A program made the position numbers and the translations under genes. DNA of 32,000 nucleotides, taken from assembly GCA_964354495.1 (NCBI GenBank), contig CAYHAA010000003.1, positions 179,754 through 211,753 of the forward strand, given 5' to 3'. Shown here piece by piece: positions 12,668 through 20,822 of this stretch; the stretch's first letter is position 1; each line of letters opens with the position of its first letter. A model generated the notes under the pieces. It saw only the letters and a list, made by a program, of their open reading frames with translations, ran no database searches and was not told where the DNA came from. This DNA is from an uncultured archaeon. GTDB lineage: Archaea; Asgardarchaeota; Thorarchaeia; Thorarchaeales; Thorarchaeaceae.

Positions 12668-12730
12668 GGTATGTCTTGGATGGTAACATAGAACGATGCA
12701 TTTTCTATTCAAATTCGAGCTAATCGGATT

Positions 12731-15700
12731 CTAATTCTGAAGCAAAATCAAGGTAACTGCTTTGATTTTTTCAGGAGTTTTGGGTGTTTTTGTTAGCTCC
12801 AAAATCCGCTTAGCTATCTCTCGGAGTCCAGTTTGTATTACTGACCTCTCGGATTCTTGGAATAATCGTTCTGTATCATCTAAAATACAATCGATTTCCA
12901 CTGAAAGTTGCTTTGGTAACAGGGTTTGAATCATTCGTCTATTTGCGATCTTTGTTTCTCTAATATATGCTATGCTAGCTACTCCTTGAGTGCCCTTCTT
13001 GTGTCCAGATAAATTGAAGTTTTGAGAGGCGTATGCATATTCCTTTACTAGATGAGTAATGAGTTCAACACTAGAAACGGGAATGATGCTGTTGTAATTC
13101 GATGAGATGGTCCGTATTTGGTCTTCGAGATATGTGTTGTATGAGAAAGCGGTATTGACAAATGTATCCTTTGCACCTTTATGAGCCCAGTGTTCCTCAC
13201 CTGAAGCTTTTGCTCCATATTCTCTTGCTTTAGAGTGGATATCAGAAAGGAATGTCTGATTAATAACCTCACAGTCGCTGAATCGAATTACTTCTGCAAT
13301 GATTGAACGGCTGTCAAAAGCAAGACGGGGGTCAGAGAATGTTTGTCCAGCTGGACTATCTCCCGTCATGTCCACCCAAATCCCATTATTGATACTCCTC
13401 CATCCTTTGGAATCCGTTAAAGTTGCAGATGATGCTAGTAATCCTGCTCTTCTGAGTTGTGAAAATCGGATACGATCCAAACTTGCCAGGGTACTGAAAT
13501 ATCCTTGTGCTGTTGCACAATCCCACGAAGAGATTAATGGGTTAGTGCCATGTTTCCATTCGTGAATAGACTGATTTAACCAGATAGATGATGAGCGCAA
13601 ATGACGCTCAATCATTCGCCCAACTTGAAGGCTTATACCTCCTGTCAATCTGCCTATATATTTCATAAATGACCGAAGAGCGTTCCGTTGTGTCTTTGAG
13701 GATAGATCATTATCAAGTTCCATGAAATCATCCATTGCTTCCTTATATTTCTTGGAATACAGTGACACTTCATTGAGAATGTGTATGGAAGAGGGATTCT
13801 CTAAATCTCCTTTCTGAATGACCTCGATTCCCTCTTCTGCACAAGTCCTGTACTTCTCCATCATCTTGACTACTTGCTTAAGTCTGCGTACAACCTCATG
13901 TTCAAGATTCCAATCAGGTCGGATATCAACACTCCATTTGAAGGCTATCTTTCTCTTTTTTCCTCTATTATCAACCATTATAGATTGTCCATTCTGGATT
14001 CTTTCTATTATTTGGTCAATGTAACTTTCTAAATCCTCAGAGAGAATTAATGTGCGTCCAGACGATAGGTCATTCACATCTGCAAAAATCAAAGGTCGTC
14101 GCCCAGCGTATGCTGTATTATCTGTAACTGAGAGATATGCGAATTTTTGTTGAGTTCCTAACAAGTCTGAAAACGTGATATATCCAATATTTCCTTTCTG
14201 AGTATTGGACGCTGGACGTAACAGGGCATCCTGAAGGTTAGGAACCGGAGAAAGAAAATCAATGATTCGTCTTAAATCACTTGCAAGAATCATTGAACGA
14301 GATTGGAGAGGCAGTCTACTGATTCTTGATTCTTTAGTATACTGTGGGGATAGATAACCCAAATCTAGCTCTTGGTCGAACAAATAACAAATGGGGGATT
14401 CAGGAGATTTTGACCCCAGAAAAGATTCATGTATTTGTGACCATCTTTGTTTTCTTGACTCATCGTGTGATAATTCCCGATTAGTAGAACCAATATTGTA
14501 TGGGCACATTGCTTCAAAACGTTTCTCATCCAAATTTGGAGTCTGAAGGATATTTATCAAGAACGATTTCCCAGCTACATTATCCCGTAAATACTGTGCT
14601 CTTACGATCTGAACATTTTTCCTCTTAAAATATGAAATAACAGGATTATCATTGGTATGTGAAGACGTTCTCTCTTCACGGGACTCCTTAACCATCAGAT
14701 GTAAGAATTTCTCAACTATATCAGACTCTTTACTGAGCCGAGGACTGGCTAAGACACTGGCGCAGGACTCATTAGTAAAATCTAGTTCCTCCAACATGGA
14801 AACCCCTTTGTTGTTGGATTTCCATATTGAACATTGTTTATCACTTCGAGCACATTCTACGAATCTATCTGGATTCACTATGATAATACCAGCTCCAGAA
14901 CGATTGAATATTCCACATTCTTCGCCTTGGAGATATTCAGGTGAATTCTTGCATTTCTCATGTGGCTGCCCAACAATCGTTTGGAATTCAGGGGATAAAT
15001 AGACCGCTCGCGCATTTGGAGAAATTATTCCATTATTGACTGGATGAATAAGGATTGATATTGGAGGAAGGTCTGCAACATTTAGCAAATCCCACTTTCC
15101 TTTTTCCGACCAGCTAGCACTGGTCTTTCTTGCATCATTGCCATTGGGAGCCTTTAGAATTTCACTCCAACTACTTCCGATTCTTGTTATTCTAAACTCA
15201 ACTGTACTTTTATGGTAAACATCAGCTTCAGAAAAATAGTGAAGAATTCCTACTTCTTGTGCATCGGACATCTCAGATTCGAAATCAATTGTACTAAGAA
15301 ATTCTATCGCAGGTCGTGTGCTTCTAATATAGAAATCACTCCAGTTTGTATCAAGATACTTGGCATCAGCAACTTTTGAAAATAAGTTTTGAATAACATT
15401 AGGAGTTTCGGTTACTGTATCATCAAGAGAAATATAGGATAGTAAACCACCCTCATACACATCAATATCAATTGCATGACTAAATGCGTTCGCAAGGGAA
15501 AGGCATTGAATCTCTCTCTCTTTTAGTCCAGCCTGAACCAGCTGATTTTCGCTAACCCCTAAATCAGAATAAAAAAGTTCTCTACTTAGACGAGAGCACT
15601 CAACACCAGCAGTATGCATCGTTCTCGAAGTGCTTAGATTCCTCGTAAGAGTTGCAGCTCGATATCCAGAAAGTATTTTATGTGTCACCGGAAGATTGCT

Positions 15701-16312
15701 AATTTCAAGTGAGAGAAGGGAATTTAGTATTCGGTTATTATAGGTACTTGCATGAATAACTTCGTCCATTGTGATGGCAAATTCAAGAGACTGCTCTCTA
15801 TTCTCAGAACCAATTAGAAAAGGTCGGGAAAGTGATTTACTGCTAGCAGACAATATACTTTGTAGTCTTGACATAATCTCTCTATGAATATTTGAGTTTG
15901 AATTCATCAAAGGAGTGAGATGTTCATATTTGTCTTTGCAATCTATTACTAGATTGAGAAAGTCTCCACTATGTTTTTCGAGCTCACCTACAATCATTTT
16001 ATTCCTTAGAGAAATAGGTTCACTTGATAACCAACTAGATTCTATCAGAAAGTCGAGTCGTATCATTTTTTGTAAAGCAGTTTCCTTGCTAATGTCACTG
16101 GAATCTCCTGAGCTAACCGTACTCTTATCTGATTGTCCTGATTTATCAGGCACATCCGTGGTTATTGGAACAATGAAATGTTCAGCATTGTACTTGCGAA
16201 TGATCTCATCACGTTCTTCAACAGTTAGTGAATGTTCCTTGGAGTCTTTGATTCTTGTCCGTCTATCCTCAATTTGACATTCTTCATCTGAAAATTCTTC
16301 GATATCTCTCAT
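12731..16312 (-). CDS. Large hypothetical protein, about 1193 aa (start moved from 16417 to ATG 16312)
   Basis: 3.6-kb open frame in AT-rich DNA; AGGAGGAG SD about 10 nt before ATG AGA GAT; no family motif recognised. Confidence 0.8.
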   Translation of the reverse strand: MRDIEEFSDEECQIEDRRTRIKDSKEHSLTVEERDEIIRKYNAEHFIVPITTDVPDKSGQSDKSTVSSGDSSDISKETALQKMIRLDFLIESSWLSSEPISLRNKMIVGELEKHSGDFLNLVIDCKDKYEHLTPLMNSNSNIHREIMSRLQSILSASSKSLSRPFLIGSENREQSLEFAITMDEVIHASTYNNRILNSLLSLEISNLPVTHKILSGYRAATLTRNLSTSRTMHTAGVECSRLSRELFYSDLGVSENQLVQAGLKEREIQCLSLANAFSHAIDIDVYEGGLLSYISLDDTVTETPNVIQNLFSKVADAKYLDTNWSDFYIRSTRPAIEFLSTIDFESEMSDAQEVGILHYFSEADVYHKSTVEFRITRIGSSWSEILKAPNGNDARKTSASWSEKGKWDLLNVADLPPISILIHPVNNGIISPNARAVYLSPEFQTIVGQPHEKCKNSPEYLQGEECGIFNRSGAGIIIVNPDRFVECARSDKQCSIWKSNNKGVSMLEELDFTNESCASVLASPRLSKESDIVEKFLHLMVKESREERTSSHTNDNPVISYFKRKNVQIVRAQYLRDNVAGKSFLINILQTPNLDEKRFEAMCPYNIGSTNRELSHDESRKQRWSQIHESFLGSKSPESPICYLFDQELDLGYLSPQYTKESRISRLPLQSRSMILASDLRRIIDFLSPVPNLQDALLRPASNTQKGNIGYITFSDLLGTQQKFAYLSVTDNTAYAGRRPLIFADVNDLSSGRTLILSEDLESYIDQIIERIQNGQSIMVDNRGKKRKIAFKWSVDIRPDWNLEHEVVRRLKQVVKMMEKYRTCAEEGIEVIQKGDLENPSSIHILNEVSLYSKKYKEAMDDFMELDNDLSSKTQRNALRSFMKYIGRLTGGISLQVGRMIERHLRSSSIWLNQSIHEWKHGTNPLISSWDCATAQGYFSTLASLDRIRFSQLRRAGLLASSATLTDSKGWRSINNGIWVDMTGDSPAGQTFSDPRLAFDSRSIIAEVIRFSDCEVINQTFLSDIHSKAREYGAKASGEEHWAHKGAKDTFVNTAFSYNTYLEDQIRTISSNYNSIIPVSSVELITHLVKEYAYASQNFNLSGHKKGTQGVASIAYIRETKIANRRMIQTLLPKQLSVEIDCILDDTERLFQESERSVIQTGLREIAKRILELTKTPKTPEKIKAVTLILLQN

Positions 16313-16331
16313 GTTAAACAGCTCCTCCTTT

Positions 16332-16574
16332 TCACTCTTGTACTTCCAATTCATCATCAGAAAACATGGGATTTCGTATGAGAAGTTTGTCGAATCTCCC
16401 AATGGACTCAATATCAACTTGTATATCCTGTATAGTCATATCAAAAGAATCCAGTAACAAAGACAATGTGGACCCTCTAAAGTAGGATGATTTGCTTTCT
16501 CTTCTTTCTTCTTCTAGCCTTTGTATTCTTTTAATAGTTTCATCTGCATTATACAACGGATGAAGAGAACACAT
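16332..16574 (-). CDS. Small hypothetical protein directly upstream of the large island ORF
   Basis: 80-codon ORF with a charged helical segment; ends just before the SD of the large ORF. Confidence 0.4.
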   Translation of the reverse strand: MCSLHPLYNADETIKRIQRLEEERRESKSSYFRGSTLSLLLDSFDMTIQDIQVDIESIGRFDKLLIRNPMFSDDELEVQE

Positions 16575-16720
16575 AATATGATAATCACGAATAGTGTGAC
16601 TGACAAATCATCAATCTACAATCAGCATAACCCCCCTCAATATTCCATGTTGATTAGTGTGTACTGCGTTATTTAAACCAAACACTCAGAATTGATAGAG
16701 ATATTTCTTTTCCGAGTGAA

Positions 16721-16981
16721 TTGAAATCCAGTATCAAATCGATTGCAAAGGAAGAAAATGTCAAAGAGGTCGATGCATTACTATGTATCTTTTCACTCGG
16801 TACAGATTTTGGACATGCTGTAGATAGATATCCTGACAATCAACCTCTCCTAGATAAAAAATACTGGTTAATTCTAGCTCGAAACAGAAACGAAAAGAAT
16901 AGAATTGCTACAACCAAGGCTCTTTCAGAACATCTCCAGAATACTAAAAATACAGTTCAGTATTTACTAATCGTAGAGTGA
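16721..16981 (+). CDS. Hypothetical protein, 86 aa
   Basis: Open frame with TTG start in AT-rich island DNA; no motif. Confidence 0.35.
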   Translation: MKSSIKSIAKEENVKEVDALLCIFSLGTDFGHAVDRYPDNQPLLDKKYWLILARNRNEKNRIATTKALSEHLQNTKNTVQYLLIVE

Positions 16982-17200
16982 TCGACATTTCGGTGGAATC
17001 TATTAATATTTCCAGATGATAGCCATAATCACTCTTTTCAGTCGCTCTCATCTTCTTTGCGCTATCAACTCATGAAATAGTACAAGGCACAGATAGGAAT
17101 GAATTCCAATTATTGATATATGCAAATGATTTTTATATTAGATAAGGAATACAACAATAGCCCTTCGGGGCATAAAATGTATTTGAGGTGCTAAATAAAT

Positions 17201-17755
17201 ATGAAAAGAAAATCATTTGTAGTTTTTCTGTTATTCGCTATAGTATTGGGTATGCCGATGGTAGCAGTGGATAACTCACATAGTTCTCAACATGACACTA
17301 ATCTTTACAATGCATGTCAAGTAACTGTGACCATGGATAGTAATGGTAAAATAGTGGCTGAAACCGAATTTTCTGGATCCGATACTGCAAATATTGAAGT
17401 ATCTGTAGAATTCACTCCAAGTGTTTATATTGATAGTGACAATCAGTATGCACAGGGATTATTTGGAAAAATCACAACTTGGGTTTGGGGATACTATCAG
17501 CAGTATGATACAGCATACTACATAGAACGACATCGTGTAGATTATGAATCTCTCTTAGGTGGATACCTTAGAAATGTAGATGTCACGTGTATTGGTGATA
17601 ACGTGTATGAAGATGTGTATCATACTTATGGTAGTGTCATAACATACTACGAAGATATTGATACAACGTGCTCCACACGAATATATTGCGAAGTTTGGGC
17701 TGGTTGGTTCTATATCGGATATGTGAATATAATCGCAGTGATTAACGGTCCGTAG
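17201..17755 (+). CDS. Secreted hypothetical protein
   Basis: MKRKSFVVFLLFAIVLGMPMVA signal peptide; SD GAGGTG; Tyr-rich, three Cys. Confidence 0.8.
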   Translation: MKRKSFVVFLLFAIVLGMPMVAVDNSHSSQHDTNLYNACQVTVTMDSNGKIVAETEFSGSDTANIEVSVEFTPSVYIDSDNQYAQGLFGKITTWVWGYYQQYDTAYYIERHRVDYESLLGGYLRNVDVTCIGDNVYEDVYHTYGSVITYYEDIDTTCSTRIYCEVWAGWFYIGYVNIIAVINGP

Positions 17756-17767
17756 TAGTAGCTTTGT

Positions 17768-17797
17768 GGTCCTAGACTCTAGGACCTTTTCTTTTTT
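17768..17797 (+). terminator. Inverted repeat plus T tract after the secreted-protein gene
   Basis: GGTCCTAGA-C-TCTAGGACC followed by TTTTCTTTTTT. Confidence 0.7.
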
Positions 17798-18158
17798 ATG
17801 ACTGCTATGATTTTGCTTAACCCTCTAGAAAACTTGAGTTCCTTTCTTTGATCTGTAGATGCTGTTGATAGAAGAGAACTGCTCCTACGAGGTGTTTCCA
17901 TTCAGCAAATAACATCTTTATCTTAGTGGAATTCATGCATCACTTCCAGAGAATTGCACTATTTTCATTTTCAAATTTCATTCATTCTTCTAATAATTGA
18001 ATTTGGAAATACAGAGCATTAACTAACTTACTGAATCGATTCTTAAAATATCGCATTAGTATATAGGAAACAATAAATAAACAAGAATTAGATACTTCAT
18101 TGCTTATGCTAAGAAATGTCATTCGTCGTGGTGTATTTCAAGACTAGGAGGTGCATTT

Positions 18159-19067
18159 ATGACCAGTAGATTCGTCGTTGAGGTAGATAAGATATACAAG
18201 AATTTTGGACCAGTCCAAGCATTAGATGAACTTGAACTCATGATAGAACCTGGACTTTTTGGCATTATCGGACCTAATGGTGCAGGAAAAACAACCTTGC
18301 TTCGTATACTACTTGGATTGATACAACCCAGTTCAGGATTTGCAAGAGTGCTAGATACGGATATTAGTCAGTCAAAGAAAATCCGAGAACGGGTTGGTGT
18401 TCTTCTTGAGAATCCACCCCTTCCAAAGGCTATGGGTGCAAGAGAATATCTTTCTCAGGTTATCAAGATTTATGGAAGTAATAACGACCCTGATGATCTA
18501 CTGGAGCTTGTAGGTCTTCAGGATGCTACAAATAGGCAGATTGGACATCTATCTGCTGGAATGCGTCAACGACTGGGGGTTGCTCTTGCATTTGCAGGGA
18601 ATCCTGAATTGATAATTCTCGACGAACCAACTACGAATCTAGATGTATCCGGACGTGAACAGATGCTGGATCTTCTCTCACATCTGTATCACAAGTCCCG
18701 AGTGTCAATCATCATCGCTTCACACATTTTATCAGAACTTGAACGAGTCTGTACACATGTAGCATTTATGAATAGGGGGAAGAAATTGGTTCAAGGAACA
18801 ACTAATGATATCATCGAGAAGTATGCGTTGAATCGGTACAGAATTCGTTGTTCTGATGCTCACACCTTGGCACAACAACTGGATGGAAAATTTGGAATAG
18901 AGAATATACGAGTACTTGGTCCCAACATTTTCTCTCTTCGATATGAGGAGAGTATAGATTCGATTGAACTTACAGTTCGTCAGGAGGCTGAATCCTGCAA
19001 GGTGCAGATTCATCGACTTGAAAAAACTGCAACATTGGAGGATGCATTCAGGGAGGTCATTCAATGA
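18159..19067 (+). CDS. ABC-2 type exporter ATP-binding subunit
   Basis: Walker A GPNGAGKT, signature LSAGMRQRL, Walker B IILDEPT, H-loop SHIL; SD AGGAGGTG. Confidence 0.95.
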   Translation: MTSRFVVEVDKIYKNFGPVQALDELELMIEPGLFGIIGPNGAGKTTLLRILLGLIQPSSGFARVLDTDISQSKKIRERVGVLLENPPLPKAMGAREYLSQVIKIYGSNNDPDDLLELVGLQDATNRQIGHLSAGMRQRLGVALAFAGNPELIILDEPTTNLDVSGREQMLDLLSHLYHKSRVSIIIASHILSELERVCTHVAFMNRGKKLVQGTTNDIIEKYALNRYRIRCSDAHTLAQQLDGKFGIENIRVLGPNIFSLRYEESIDSIELTVRQEAESCKVQIHRLEKTATLEDAFREVIQ

Positions 19068-19870
19068 AACAGAAACTCGCAAAGTTGATGGCACAATTCC
19101 AGATTGAGATGAGAATGTCTTATCGATTTCCAGTCATAGAAGGTCTTGCTGTATTGATTTTTCTGTCTCCGCTGTGGCAAGCAGTAGCGATATGGAAGGC
19201 GGTTACTTTCAGGCCAGATGCACTTGATTCCTTTTTCTTAGCAGAATCTGGATTTTCAGGATTGCATCTTGGGACGTGCATGGCTGGATTGACACAATTG
19301 TTGCCAATTCTAGTAGCAGTACTAGTTTCTTTTACTGCTGCGAAATCCTTTGAAGATGGATACATTCAGACACTTCTAACCTATCCTATTGAACGAGTGA
19401 CTGTCCTCCTGGTGAAAATCATTTGTGTTATTATCATTCCTGCTGGTTTGCTGACATCTTCATATCTATTTGCTATTCTCTTTGTCATTCCACAATCACC
19501 ACTCCTTGGTCATGTGTCTATCATGCTGTTGGGGGTATGGATATCCATTCTCTTATTTGCAACCCTTTCAATGCTGGTTGCTGTTATTACACAGAAGGTG
19601 TCTGCAACAGCAATCTTTGGACTTGCATTTGGGTTTGTAACTCCGATTCTACTGAGTAACCCTGCTGTCCCCAATATTGTCAGAGTTGCATTGCACCCAT
19701 TTGATGCAGCTTACAGATACTTCACTAATCTCTCCACCAGCATGATGCTGGACACTGAAATAACCCAGCTACTTGACCTTCAGATTGGATTCGGTATCTC
19801 TCTGCTGATATCCTTAGTCTTACTGGCATTCACTCTGTGGTTATTTACTCGTTCGGAGATTGGAGGTTAA
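19064..19870 (+). CDS. ABC-2 type exporter permease
   Basis: About six TM segments; FEDGYIQTLLTYPIER..LVK motif; 4-nt overlap with the ATPase. Confidence 0.88.
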   Translation: MKQKLAKLMAQFQIEMRMSYRFPVIEGLAVLIFLSPLWQAVAIWKAVTFRPDALDSFFLAESGFSGLHLGTCMAGLTQLLPILVAVLVSFTAAKSFEDGYIQTLLTYPIERVTVLLVKIICVIIIPAGLLTSSYLFAILFVIPQSPLLGHVSIMLLGVWISILLFATLSMLVAVITQKVSATAIFGLAFGFVTPILLSNPAVPNIVRVALHPFDAAYRYFTNLSTSMMLDTEITQLLDLQIGFGISLLISLVLLAFTLWLFTRSEIGG

Positions 19871-19874
19871 TACA

Positions 19875-20393
19875 ATGAAGAGAGCTGGTAGGTTATTGAT
19901 ATTTCTTGGTATTGCTGCTATACTCCTTTCTAGTCTTGGAAGTTATGCATACCGCGGGATGGATTATCGAGTTATTACAGAGAATGATCCATTTGTCTAT
20001 CTTTTTGAGATTGGTCAGGATGTTCATGTAAATGTAACTTTGGATCCTCATAGCATCGGAACGTTCAATATCTATTTCATGAGCTGGCAGGATGCCAATA
20101 AAACCATGGTTGAAAATAAAACAGCAGCTCCGATTACACCTATTTCCAGCTTCGAGAACATATCCTCTCTGCAAGAGAACCTGTATATCCCCGCTCCTGG
20201 AATATATGCACTATTGTTCACAACTGAATCAACAGAGCTGCAGATAATATGGGTGGAACTCTCATCTAATGGGATACAAACAAGAGTAATCAGCGGAGGT
20301 GTACTACTGGCTGGATTTGGTGCTGTACTGCTTGTTCTCTCAGCCATAAGGGAATACCGAACCAAGAGTTCATTTCGTGAGAAAGCGAAGTGA
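19875..20393 (+). CDS. Membrane-anchored protein (N- and C-terminal TM), last gene of the ABC operon
   Basis: SD GGAGG before ATG 19875; hydrophobic termini around a soluble domain. Confidence 0.75.
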   Translation: MKRAGRLLIFLGIAAILLSSLGSYAYRGMDYRVITENDPFVYLFEIGQDVHVNVTLDPHSIGTFNIYFMSWQDANKTMVENKTAAPITPISSFENISSLQENLYIPAPGIYALLFTTESTELQIIWVELSSNGIQTRVISGGVLLAGFGAVLLVLSAIREYRTKSSFREKAK

Positions 20394-20693
20394 GTCGTAT
20401 ACAGTACTTTAGGAAATCCAATTATAATATAGTCAGATAAAACAAAAATGGGTTTAGGATTCGGACACAGCACGATGCGAATTTGTCAAATCATTATCCT
20501 TTCATCGACTTTTTACACAGAGTCGGTAGGAAGATGAGTTTCGTTAGATAATTGAGAGCGTGTAACGAAGAAACTAACTCACTCGCCTGCCTTTCAATCG
20601 TGCTTTGTTGCTCTGTCCTATTAAGCCCTCTATCTAAATGGATGAAGTTCCAGTGAGAACTTAGTCTTTCCTATTTCAAATATTACGAAAGAG

Positions 20694-20822
20694 CTAAATA
20701 TGATCTTCATCATAGGTATCAGCTACGACTATTTGTGCAACGGACATCTTACGGATGTCTTCAGGCGACAATAGTCCGAACTCGATTGAGTCAATCTTCT
20801 TAGTGGTAAGGCCAGTGATCAT
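20694..20822 (-). pseudogene. rpoA1: Orphaned native 5' end of rpoA1 (40 homologous codons plus HI-stop, 42 aa)
   Basis: MITGLTTKKIDSIEFGLLSPEDIRKMSVAQIVVADTYDEDHI*; ATG directly follows the rpoB TAG. Confidence 0.92.
20743..20756. repeat. att-like core, right copy, within dyad GACATC-TTACG-GATGTC
   Basis: Identical to 12331-12344; perfect 6-bp inverted repeat at 20743-20759. Confidence 0.75.

Noticed and set aside
20690-20720. Trans-splicing of the orphan 5' copy onto exon 2, making the island a giant intron
   Set aside because: The orphan copy ends at codon 40 and lacks GYPID and the ATAG half-helix, so no BHB can form and five codons would be lost.
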